Shown here piece by piece: positions 1 through 8,321 of a stretch of DNA of 60,731 bases. The position numbers and the translations under genes are program-made. The notes below the pieces were generated by a model that saw only the letters and a list, made by a program, of their open reading frames with translations, had not been told where the DNA came from and searched no databases. The stretch covers positions 1 through 60,731 of the forward strand of contig JBIIIE010000001.1 of NCBI GenBank assembly GCA_044235135.1, in the 5' to 3' direction. Numbering within the stretch: position 1 is the stretch's first letter; every line of letters begins with the position of its first letter. Origin of the DNA: Roseomonas sp. (GTDB lineage: Bacteria > Pseudomonadota > Alphaproteobacteria > Acetobacterales > Acetobacteraceae).

Positions 1-253
1 CGGGCGTGCGGCTTTCCTTCACCACATCGCGCCACCACAGGAACATGATGGCCAAAACGCCGGCAAGGCCAAGGAACATCACAATCTTGTTGCCGTAATG
101 CGCCCATAGAATGATGCCGAGCACCATAGCGCCCGCGGCGAAGGACATCACCAGCGGCCAAGGTGAAGGGTCCACCAGATGATAAGGGTGCTTATGCAGC
201 GGGGGAGCTTCACCTTCCGCCGTGGTTGCCTGCGCGTGCGATGTGCTTGCCAT
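1..253 (-). CDS. ctaE: Cytochrome c oxidase subunit III, 5' part (runs off the left edge)
   Basis: Manual translation from ATG at 253: MASTSHAQ...KHPYHLVDPSPWPLVMSF...MFLWWRDVVKE. HPYHLVDPSPWP and WWRDV are CoxIII hallmarks. Not in the ORF track. Confidence 0.95.
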   Translation of the reverse strand, partial: MASTSHAQATTAEGEAPPLHKHPYHLVDPSPWPLVMSFAAGAMVLGIILWAHYGNKIVMFLGLAGVLAIMFLWWRDVVKESRTP

Positions 254-372
254 TGTCAGTCCTGGTGCCTTCCTCGGTCAGGGGTCTATGCCCGAACCGG
301 ACGCTCGCATCAATCCTGAAACCGCCCCTGAAATCAAGCCCATCAGGCATGAAAACCGGGCCTGGCCGTCAA

Positions 373-1002
373 TCAATTCTGCCTTGTGCCGGCCCGCCCG
401 ACATGCGGCCCGGCATTGGCAAGCGCGCCGGCCTTTTTCGCATCTTCAATCGTGCGGAAGAAGCTGTAGGAAAGCGTGATGGTGGTGATGTCGCGCGTGC
501 TGGGGTCTTCGGCGATGCGCGGGTCCACCCAGAAGGTGACTGGCATATCCACCCGCTCATTCGGAGTCAGGGTTTGTTCGTCAAAACAGAAGCAGGCGAT
601 CTTATGGAAATAGCGCCCGACCTTCTCGGGCGTAACGTTGTAAGTAGAAACCCCGGTGACGGGCACGTCAGAGCGATTAGTGGCGGAATAAAAGGCAAGC
701 CCTTCTTCGCCCAGTCGCAGCGTCACGCTGGTCTGTTCGGGCATGAAGCGCCAGGGCAGATTGGGGTGGGTGGTGGCGTTGAAGCGAATGGTGATCTGCC
801 GATCCCCCGCCGCACCGGGCGCTGCTGCGCTGCGCTGCGTGGTGCCGCCAAAGCCGGTCACGCGACAGAACAGGTCGTAAAGCGGCACGGCGGCGAAGGA
901 AAGACCGACCATGAAGGTGACCAAGCCCGCTGCCGCAAGCCCGGTGCGCTTGTTCCGCCGCGCGAGCGCTGCCTTGCGCTGTTCCTGTTCCATGCCGTTC
1001 AT
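373..1002 (-). CDS. ctaG: Cytochrome c oxidase assembly protein CtaG/Cox11
   Basis: VPLYDLFCRVTG, YFHKIACFCF copper motif, TITLSYSFF. Start is probably 1002 or 993 rather than 1047. Confidence 0.95.
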   Translation of the reverse strand: MNGMEQEQRKAALARRNKRTGLAAAGLVTFMVGLSFAAVPLYDLFCRVTGFGGTTQRSAAAPGAAGDRQITIRFNATTHPNLPWRFMPEQTSVTLRLGEEGLAFYSATNRSDVPVTGVSTYNVTPEKVGRYFHKIACFCFDEQTLTPNERVDMPVTFWVDPRIAEDPSTRDITTITLSYSFFRTIEDAKKAGALANAGPHVGRAGTRQN

Positions 1003-1024
1003 GTGGGAAGCGCCGCGCCGCTGC

Positions 1025-1153
1025 TCAAGCCCGGAGCAGCCGCGCAATGCCGATGAAATAGAACAGCACCGAAAGCCCCACCAGCACCAGCAGCAGGGCG
1101 ATATTGCGCCCGCGCCGACGCTTTTCGAAAATCGCGCGTTCTTCCGGGGTCAT
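1025..1153 (-). CDS. Small single-TM cox-operon protein (CoxF-like), 42 aa
   Basis: Manual translation MTPEERAIFEKRRRGRNIALLLVLVGLSVLFYFIGIARLLRA. Its ATG overlaps the ctaB stop (ATGA). Below the ORF-track cutoff. Confidence 0.8.
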   Translation of the reverse strand: MTPEERAIFEKRRRGRNIALLLVLVGLSVLFYFIGIARLLRA

Positions 1154-2103
1154 GGTGACAGGATCAGCTTTTCAGCGGCCAGCACAGCAAAAAGCGCGAA
1201 AAGATAAGTGAGCGAAAAGCGGAAGCATTTCTTCGCGGCCTTGTCGCCCGCCAGGCTGCGGCCTTCTGAATCCTGCGCTTCACGCAACACCAGCACGGCA
1301 TGGCGAATGAAATTCAGCCCAAGCAGGGCTGCAACCACGCCATAGGCCGGCCCGGAAAAACCAATCAGCCAGGGCGCCATGCCAAGCGGCGCCAGCGCCA
1401 GCGTGTAATAAAGGATTTGCTTGCGGGTTTCACGCGCGCCAGCGGTTACAGGCAGCATGGGCACGCCGGCCTTGGCGTAATCCTCATGCGCCCAAAGTGA
1501 CAGGGCCCAGAAATGCGGCGGCGTCCAGATGAAGATAATGGCGAACAGGATAATCGGCACCAGCGTGATATCGCCCGTCACCGCCGCCCAGCCGATCAGC
1601 GGCGGAAAGGCGCCCGCCGCACCACCAATGACAATGTTCTGCGGTGTGCGGCGCTTCAGCCACATGGTGTACACCACCACATAAAACAGGATGGAAAAGG
1701 CAAGGACGCCAGCCGCCAGATAATTGGTGGCGAAAGCCATCACCATCACGGAACCGACACCAAGCAGAATACCAAAGGCAAGCGCGGCATCAGGGGCGAT
1801 GCGCCCGGCGGGGATGGGCCGGCGCGCCGTGCGGCGCATCACCGCATCAATGTCGCGATCATACCACATATTGATGGCGCCTGAGGCGCCGGCAGCGACC
1901 GCGATGCAAAGAATGGCAATCACCGCCAGAACCGGATGCAAATGCCCCGGTGCGACCAAAAGTCCGGCAACGGCGCTGAACACCACCAGCGACATGACGC
2001 GCGGCTTCAGCAGCGCCACCCAATCGCTCACTTCCGAGATATTGTAGGAAACAGGAAGGGGGGCCGCGCCCCCCTTGCCGTTTTCGATGACTGAATCGCT
2101 CAT
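1150..2103 (-). CDS. ctaB: Protoheme IX farnesyltransferase (heme o synthase)
   Basis: LLKPRVMSLVVF, NMWYDRDIDAVMRRTARRPIP, WTPPHFWAL. Confidence 0.97.
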   Translation of the reverse strand: MSDSVIENGKGGAAPLPVSYNISEVSDWVALLKPRVMSLVVFSAVAGLLVAPGHLHPVLAVIAILCIAVAAGASGAINMWYDRDIDAVMRRTARRPIPAGRIAPDAALAFGILLGVGSVMVMAFATNYLAAGVLAFSILFYVVVYTMWLKRRTPQNIVIGGAAGAFPPLIGWAAVTGDITLVPIILFAIIFIWTPPHFWALSLWAHEDYAKAGVPMLPVTAGARETRKQILYYTLALAPLGMAPWLIGFSGPAYGVVAALLGLNFIRHAVLVLREAQDSEGRSLAGDKAAKKCFRFSLTYLFALFAVLAAEKLILSP

Positions 2104-2127
2104 CGTTACCCCATAGGCCCCGCAGCC

Positions 2128-3723
2128 TTAACGCATGCGGGGAATTTCCTCAAAAGTATGGAAGGGCGGTGGGGAAGCAACCTGCCATTCCAAGGTGGTC
2201 GCACCCTCGCCCCAGGGGTTAGCCGCCGCCTTGGCGCCCGACCGCATGGTCACCCACACGATGTAGAAGAAGAACAGGAAGGACGCCACCGAGATCAGCG
2301 ACCCGATCGAAGCGACGAAGTTCCAGCCCCAGAAAGCTTCCGGATAATCCGGATAGCGCCGCGGCATGCCCTGATTGCCCGAGAAATGCATCGGGAAGAA
2401 GGTCAGGTTCACGCCGATAAAGGTCATCCAGAAATGGATCTTGCCCAGCGTTTCGGGATATTGCCGCCCGCACATCTTGCCGATCCAGTAATAGAAGCCG
2501 GCATAGATCGAGAAGACAGCACCCAATGACAAGACGTAATGGAAATGCGCCACCACGTAATAGGTATTGTGCAGGATCTGATCAATGCCCGCATTGGCGA
2601 GCACCACACCCGTCACGCCACCCACGGTGAAGAGGAAGATGAAGCCCACCGCGAAAAGCATGGGCGTATCCATCTTGATGGACCCGCCCCACATGGTGGC
2701 GATCCAGGAGAAGATCTTCACGCCCGTCGGCACCGCAATCACCATGGTGGCCGCCATGAAGTAGGCGCGCGTGTCCACATCAAGACCCGAAGTGTACATG
2801 TGGTGCGCCCAGACGATGAAGCCGACAAAGCCGATCGCCACCATGGCGTAAGCCATGCCTAGGTAGCCAAAGACAGGCTTGCGGCTGAAGGTGGAAATCA
2901 CATGGCTGATGATGCCGAAGCCCGGCAGGATCATGATGTAGACTTCCGGATGGCCGAAGAACCAGAACAGATGCTGGAACAGCACCGGGTCGCCACCGCC
3001 TTCGGGGCGGAAGAAGGACGTGCCGAAATTGCGGTCTGTGATCAGCATGGTGATCGCACCCGCCAGCACCGGCACCGCCAGCAGCAGCAGGAAGGCCGTG
3101 ACCAGCATGGACCACACGAACAGCGGCATCTTGTGCAACGTCATGCCAGGCGCGCGCATGTTGAAGATGGTGGTGATGAAATTCGCCGCCCCCATGATGG
3201 ACGAAGCGCCGGCAAGGTGCAGCGAGAACAGCGCCAGATCCATCGCCGGGCTGGAATGGAAGGTGCTGTCTGACAGCGGCGGATAGATGGTCCAACCCGC
3301 GCCAGGGCCTTCGCCCACGAAAAGGCTTGCCGCCAGCAGCAGGAAGGCCGGCACCAGCAGCCAGAAGGAAATGTTGTTCATGCGCGGGAAGGCCATATCC
3401 GGCGCCCCGATCATGATCGGCACAAACCAATTGCCGAAGCCCCCAATCAGCGCCGGCATGACCACGAAGAACACCATGATCAGGCCGTGGGCCGAGATAT
3501 AGGCATTCCACATCTGGCCGTCAGAGAAAATCTGCATGCCGGGATACATGAGTTCCAGGCGCATCAGCAGCGAAATGCCGATCCCCACCAACGCCGCCAC
3601 CAGCGAGAAGATGATGTAGAGCGTGCCGATATCCTTGTGGTTCGTAGAAAAGAACCAACGGGACACAAAGCCCGGCTTGTGATCGTGATGATCGTCGTGA
3701 TGGGCGTGCGAAGCGGTTGCCAT
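2128..3723 (-). CDS. ctaD: Cytochrome c oxidase subunit I (A1 type)
   Basis: [47 protein letters not shown]. Start trimmed to MATASH at 3723. Confidence 0.98.
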   Translation of the reverse strand: MATASHAHHDDHHDHKPGFVSRWFFSTNHKDIGTLYIIFSLVAALVGIGISLLMRLELMYPGMQIFSDGQMWNAYISAHGLIMVFFVVMPALIGGFGNWFVPIMIGAPDMAFPRMNNISFWLLVPAFLLLAASLFVGEGPGAGWTIYPPLSDSTFHSSPAMDLALFSLHLAGASSIMGAANFITTIFNMRAPGMTLHKMPLFVWSMLVTAFLLLLAVPVLAGAITMLITDRNFGTSFFRPEGGGDPVLFQHLFWFFGHPEVYIMILPGFGIISHVISTFSRKPVFGYLGMAYAMVAIGFVGFIVWAHHMYTSGLDVDTRAYFMAATMVIAVPTGVKIFSWIATMWGGSIKMDTPMLFAVGFIFLFTVGGVTGVVLANAGIDQILHNTYYVVAHFHYVLSLGAVFSIYAGFYYWIGKMCGRQYPETLGKIHFWMTFIGVNLTFFPMHFSGNQGMPRRYPDYPEAFWGWNFVASIGSLISVASFLFFFYIVWVTMRSGAKAAANPWGEGATTLEWQVASPPPFHTFEEIPRMR

Positions 3724-3747
3724 TTTTGTCTTCTCCAAAACCGCGCC

Positions 3748-4656
3748 TTACCGGCGGGCCTCCGCGATCTGAAGTTGTTCCTGTGAAGCGGGCGCGGCGG
3801 CGATCACCGGCGCACTGCCATCCGCCCGGGCAAAGCGCTTTTGCGCATCGGCCACCCATGCGTCGAATTCAGCACGCGGCAGGGCGCGCACCGCAATCGG
3901 CATGAACCAGTGATTCGTGCCGCAAATCTGATTGCACTGCCCATAGAAAATGCCGGGGCGATCGGCGCGCATCCAGGTTTCCAGCGTGCGGCCGGGGATG
4001 GTGTATTTCTGCACGCCAAGCGCCGGCACGAAGAAGGAATGGATCACATCATGGCCGGTGGTCAGGATGCGGATATTGGCGCCCACCGGGATCACCATTT
4101 CATTATCCACATCCAATCTGAACAATTGGCCCGGCTTCAGATCAGCTTCCTGGATCGGATAGCTGTCGAAGGTGAAATTGCCGTGATCGGAATAGGTGTA
4201 ATTCCAATACCATTGCCGGCCCTGCACCGTCACCGTCATATCGGCATCAATCGCGCGGTCCTGGAAATACAGCAGGCGGAAGGATGGGATGGCAATCACC
4301 ACCAGGATCAGCACCGGAATGACGGTCCAGGCAATCTCAAGCCCGGTATGGTGGCTGGTGGTGGAAGGCACCGGGTTGCGTTCGGCGCTGAAGCGCCACA
4401 CGCAATAGGCCAGCAACACCAGCACGAAAATCGTGATGGCGACGATGATGAAGAACACCAAGCTGTTCAGCGAGGCGATACGCTCCTTGATCATCCCGCC
4501 TGAGGGCTGCAAGCCCATGCCCCAGGGGGCGGGCGCGCCGACCATGCTCTCTGCCAGGGCCGGCACTGCCAGCACCAAGCCCATCGCCAATGCCGCCAGA
4601 CCGGCGAAAAACCGACCCGTGCCGAATGCGCGGCCCTTTGCCTTCAAAACCTTCAT
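3748..4656 (-). CDS. ctaC: Cytochrome c oxidase subunit II
   Basis: LEIAWTVIP, QWYWNYTY, DVIHSF, CuA motif CNQICGTNHWFM. Confidence 0.97.
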   Translation of the reverse strand: MKVLKAKGRAFGTGRFFAGLAALAMGLVLAVPALAESMVGAPAPWGMGLQPSGGMIKERIASLNSLVFFIIVAITIFVLVLLAYCVWRFSAERNPVPSTTSHHTGLEIAWTVIPVLILVVIAIPSFRLLYFQDRAIDADMTVTVQGRQWYWNYTYSDHGNFTFDSYPIQEADLKPGQLFRLDVDNEMVIPVGANIRILTTGHDVIHSFFVPALGVQKYTIPGRTLETWMRADRPGIFYGQCNQICGTNHWFMPIAVRALPRAEFDAWVADAQKRFARADGSAPVIAAAPASQEQLQIAEARR

Positions 4657-4753
4657 CAACCCATCCCTTATCGGTCGTGAAAACCACGCCTTTTCAAGAT
4701 TTTAACCATTTCTCCATGAGGCATTTCGCCCCATTGGAGACTAACTCGGGCGG

Positions 4754-4807
4754 ACCATAATGGCGCCCCCCGCACCGCACAAGGGCGGAGATGCGGAAAA
4801 GCCGCAT
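4754..4807 (-). promoter_or_regulatory. Putative sigma70 promoter of the cox operon with an upstream RegA/PrrA-like palindrome
   Basis: Minus strand TTGTGC-N17-TATGGT (4782..4754). Palindrome ATGCGG-AAAAG-CCGCAT at 4791..4807, just upstream of the -35. Confidence 0.45.
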
Positions 4808-4825
4808 AATCCATTTCCCGCCGCC

Positions 4826-5149
4826 TCAAGCCTCTCCATCCGCGGCTTCTTCCTCACTGATATGGTCCACCATATCAGCCAGCATGGACCTTATATGTTC
4901 ATCGCCGACCACATAAAACACCTGCCGCCCGCGCCGATCCGCCTGTAACAATCGCGCCGCGCGCAACAGGCGCAGATGATGCGAAACCAATGAGGGCGAA
5001 ATACCCAGCCTTTCCGCCATTTCATTCACCGCCGCCGGCGCGTCCCGGCAGGCGAGGATGATCTTGAGGCGTGTCGGGTCGCTCATCAGCCGAAAGGTCT
5101 CGGCCAATTCCACCACCAGATCATCACCAATCCGAAAACGCCCCCGCAT
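4826..5149 (-). CDS. ArsR/SmtB-family metalloregulator with alpha5 (Zn/Co-type) site
   Basis: FRLMSDPTRLKII, SLVSHHLRLLR HTH, C-terminal D-E-H-x10-H-I-S-E matching DxHx10Hx2E. Confidence 0.9.
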   Translation of the reverse strand: MRGRFRIGDDLVVELAETFRLMSDPTRLKIILACRDAPAAVNEMAERLGISPSLVSHHLRLLRAARLLQADRRGRQVFYVVGDEHIRSMLADMVDHISEEEAADGEA

Positions 5150-5296
5150 GGGATCATCGCCACTGTTTCACACCGAACATGGCGTCGGCAGGTTGGATTC
5201 CGCAAGGTATCGCCGCGCAAGGACTTGACGAAGGGGCAGGCAGGGCCAAGCTTGGTTACATAATAAACCTCTGAAAAATAAGGAATATATGCAGAA

Positions 5297-6268
5297 ATGA
5301 ACAGGTGTTCAGCCATTGCTAGGCGGGACCTTGGCCTTGGGCTTTTGGCGCTGGCGCCCATCCCGGTGCTGGCGCAGAACCGCGCCCAACCCCGCGCGCT
5401 GTCAACTGTTGCCATGGTGGGCGATCTGGTGCGCGATATTGGCGGGGGCGGCATCCGCGCCGAAACCCTGATCGGGGAAGGTGTGGACCCGCATCTGTTC
5501 CGCCCGACGCGGGCCGATACGGCGCGGCTGCTCGGCGCAGATATCATTTTTGCCAATGGCCATCGGCTGGAAGGCCGCATGGGCGATGTGCTGGCCCGCG
5601 CCGCCGCCAATGGCAAGCCGGTGGTGATGGTGGCGGAAAGCCTGCCGCGGGCGAAACTGCGCGCCAATCCTGACTACCCGGACGCCGCCGACCCGCATGT
5701 CTGGATGGACCCGATTTTGTGGGCCGAAGCCGCAGGCAGCGTCGCCGCCGGGCTGGCCCGGCTGAAGCCTGATCAGGCCAGCATCTTTGCCGCCAACCTC
5801 GCCGCGCTGCGTAACAGGCTGGCGGCGCTGCATGAATATGGTGCGCGGGTGATGGCCAGCATCCCGGCGCGGCAGCGCCTTTTGGTGACCGCGCATGACG
5901 CCTTTGCCTATTTCGCCGCGCGCTATGGCCTGGAAGTGGATAGCATCCAGGGGCTTTCCACCGAATCGGAAGCGAATTTGGCGCGCATTGAAGCCCTGGT
6001 GCGCAGTCTGGTGGAACGGCGCATCCCGGCGGTATTCGCCGAAAGCTCGGTCCCTGATCGCGCCGTGCGCGCCTTGATTGAAGGCGCCGGGGCGCGCGGG
6101 CAGCGCGTGGCCTTGGGTGGGACGCTGTTTTCCGATTCCATGGGCAAGCCTGGCACCTATGAAGGCAGCTATATCGGCATGATGGACCATAACTTCACCA
6201 CCATCGCCCGCGCCTTGGGTGGCGAGGCGCCGGCACGCGGCATGCAAGGCCAGCTTGCCACCGCATGA
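5297..6268 (+). CDS. troA: Mn/Zn/Fe ABC transporter substrate-binding protein (TroA-like)
   Basis: GVDPHLF, DPHVWMDP, TAHDAFAYF, FSDSMG give a His3-Asp site. Twin-Arg-like signal peptide. Confidence 0.92.
   Translation: MNRCSAIARRDLGLGLLALAPIPVLAQNRAQPRALSTVAMVGDLVRDIGGGGIRAETLIGEGVDPHLFRPTRADTARLLGADIIFANGHRLEGRMGDVLARAAANGKPVVMVAESLPRAKLRANPDYPDAADPHVWMDPILWAEAAGSVAAGLARLKPDQASIFAANLAALRNRLAALHEYGARVMASIPARQRLLVTAHDAFAYFAARYGLEVDSIQGLSTESEANLARIEALVRSLVERRIPAVFAESSVPDRAVRALIEGAGARGQRVALGGTLFSDSMGKPGTYEGSYIGMMDHNFTTIARALGGEAPARGMQGQLATA
5298..5311. promoter_or_regulatory. Putative SmtB/CzrA-type operator
   Basis: Perfect TGAACA-GG-TGTTCA (6-2-6) overlapping the troA ATG, preceded by AT-rich AATATATGCAGA, which resembles a further half-site. 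Confidence 0.6.
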
Positions 6269-7032
6269 GCCAGACCATGACAGCGCCCGCACCACTCGCC
6301 ATCACGCATTTGACGGTCGCTTACGGCGACAAGACAGTGTTGTGGGACATCACCTGGGATGCCGCGCCGGGGTTGACCGCGATTGTCGGGCCGAATGGCG
6401 CGGGGAAATCCACGCTGCTGCGCGCGGCCCTTGGCCTGATCCCAAGCATCGCCGGCGAAGCGCGCTTCTTTGGCCGCAAGCTGGATGAGGTGCGCAACCG
6501 TGTGGGCTACCTGCCGCAGCGCGCTTCGGTGGATTGGGATTTCCCGGCAACCGCGCTCGATGTCGTTTGCATGTCGCGCTATCCGCGCATGCGCTGGTGG
6601 GGGCGTGTGCCCAAAGCGGAACGCGACGCGGCGCGCGGTGCGCTTGATCAGGTGGGATTGGCGGACCTGGCGGATCGGCAGATCGGGCGCTTGTCGGGCG
6701 GGCAGCAGCAGCGCGTGTTTTTGGCGCGCGCTTTGGCGCAGGATGCTGACCTGTATTTGATGGATGAACCCTTCGCCGCAGTTGATGCGGCAACGGAACA
6801 GGCGATTATCGCCGTGCTGCGCCGCGTGGTGGCGACGGGGCGGAGCGTGATTGCCGTGCATCATGATCTGGCGACCGTGCCTTCCTATTTCGATCAGGTG
6901 CTGCTGCTGAATGGCCGCGCGGTTGCGGCGGGCGATGTGAAATCCGCCTTCACGCCGGATGCGATTGCGCGCGCCTATGGCGGGCGGCTGAATGTGCTGG
7001 AACAGGCAGTGGCGGAAGGCGGGCTCAGGTGA
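6265..7032 (+). CDS. troB: Metal ABC transporter ATPase (TroB-like)
   Basis: GPNGAGKST, LSGGQQQRVFLARAL, MDEPFAAVD, VHHDL. Confidence 0.93.
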   Translation: MSQTMTAPAPLAITHLTVAYGDKTVLWDITWDAAPGLTAIVGPNGAGKSTLLRAALGLIPSIAGEARFFGRKLDEVRNRVGYLPQRASVDWDFPATALDVVCMSRYPRMRWWGRVPKAERDAARGALDQVGLADLADRQIGRLSGGQQQRVFLARALAQDADLYLMDEPFAAVDAATEQAIIAVLRRVVATGRSVIAVHHDLATVPSYFDQVLLLNGRAVAAGDVKSAFTPDAIARAYGGRLNVLEQAVAEGGLR

Positions 7033-8321
7033 GTCTTGGCTATAACACGCTGGTTGTTTTGCTGGGCTGCGCCTTGCTGGGGCTGGCTTGCGGCACGGTC
7101 GGCGCTTTCGCGCTGCTGCGCGGGCGCGCCTTGATGGCCGATGCGGTGGGGCATGCCGCTTTGCCCGGCGTGGTGCTGGCGGCGATGATTGTGGCCAGCT
7201 TTGGCGGCAATCCGCGCGCATTGCCGCCCTTGCTGGCGGGCGCGGTGATTGCCGGCGTGCTTGGCGTGCTGGCGGTGCAATTGCTCACACGCGGGCGGCG
7301 CATTCGGGAAGACGCTGCGATTGCCATTGTGCTTTCAAGTTTCTATGCGCTGGGCGTTGCGCTGCTTTCCTATGTGCAGACCATGCCGCAGGCCGCGCAG
7401 GCGGGGCTTGGCAAATTCATCCTGGGGCAGGCGGCGGCGATGCGCGCGGAAGATGCGCTTTGGGCCGGCGGCATTGCGGCATTTTCCGTGCTGGTCTGCC
7501 TGGTGCTGTTCCAACGCCTGCGCGCCGCCTGTTTTGATCCCGATTACGCGCGCGTCATGGGGCTTTCGGTGGCGCGGACCGATCTGATGCTGCTTGGGCT
7601 GATAGTGATTGTCGCGGTGGCGGGGTTGCAGGCGGTGGGGCTGGTGCTGGTCGTGGCCTTGCTGATCTTGCCGGCGGCAACGGCAAGGTTGCTCACGCAT
7701 CGGCTGCCCGTGCTGTTGCTGGTCTCGGCATTGCTGGGCGCTTTGGCGGGGGCTTTGGGCGCGGCGGCTTCGGCCTTTGAACCGGAATGGCCGACGGGCG
7801 CGGCGGTGGTGCTGGTGGGCGCGATGTTCTTCACCCTTGCGATCCTGCTGGCACCGGATCGCGGATTATTGCCCGAAGCCTGGCGCCGCACGCGCCGGCG
7901 TATTGCCGCGACCGAATCCCATTTCCTGCGCGCCGCCTGGGAAGCGCAGGAAGCCGCTGGCGCCGGCCCCGGTACGGCGGGTGATCGCTGGACCCCGATT
8001 GCCGCCCTGGCTGCGGCGCGCGGCTGGTCTGAAGCCTATGCGGCGCGGCTTGCCCTTTGGCTTGGGCTGCGCGGCTTGGTGGCGCGGGCAGAGGGTGAGA
8101 TTCACCTGACGCCTCGTGGCGCCGCTGCCGCGCGGCGTGCGGTGCGCGCGCATCGCGCGGTGGAACATCATCTGCTCGGCCTGGGGGCCACGGATATCGC
8201 GGGCGCGGATCGGCTGGCGGATTTGGTGGAACATGGTCTTCCGGCGGAAATGGCAACACGCTTATTGGCGGAGCCTTCCTCCTTGCCGGCCTCACCGCAT
8301 GCTTTAGGTCCAAGAACGTGA
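7029..8321 (+). CDS. troC: Metal ABC permease with fused C-terminal DtxR/MntR-like domain
   Basis: ABC-3 permease (ALMADAVGHAALPG, FDPDYA) followed by about 135 aa containing LTPRG...VRAHRAVEHHL...ADLVEH. Confidence 0.88.
   Translation: MSLGYNTLVVLLGCALLGLACGTVGAFALLRGRALMADAVGHAALPGVVLAAMIVASFGGNPRALPPLLAGAVIAGVLGVLAVQLLTRGRRIREDAAIAIVLSSFYALGVALLSYVQTMPQAAQAGLGKFILGQAAAMRAEDALWAGGIAAFSVLVCLVLFQRLRAACFDPDYARVMGLSVARTDLMLLGLIVIVAVAGLQAVGLVLVVALLILPAATARLLTHRLPVLLLVSALLGALAGALGAAASAFEPEWPTGAAVVLVGAMFFTLAILLAPDRGLLPEAWRRTRRRIAATESHFLRAAWEAQEAAGAGPGTAGDRWTPIAALAAARGWSEAYAARLALWLGLRGLVARAEGEIHLTPRGAAAARRAVRAHRAVEHHLLGLGATDIAGADRLADLVEHGLPAEMATRLLAEPSSLPASPHALGPRT

Noticed and set aside
2056-2077. 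G/C hairpin within the 5' end of ctaB
   Set aside because: Homopolymer arms in GC-rich coding sequence with no U tract; chance cannot be excluded.
5252-5270. Zur- or DtxR-like box (GGTTACATAATAAACC) upstream of troA
   Set aside because: Three mismatches to the 13-bp Zur core and wrong spacing for the DtxR palindrome; may simply be an AT-rich promoter. Worth rechecking with a position weight matrix.
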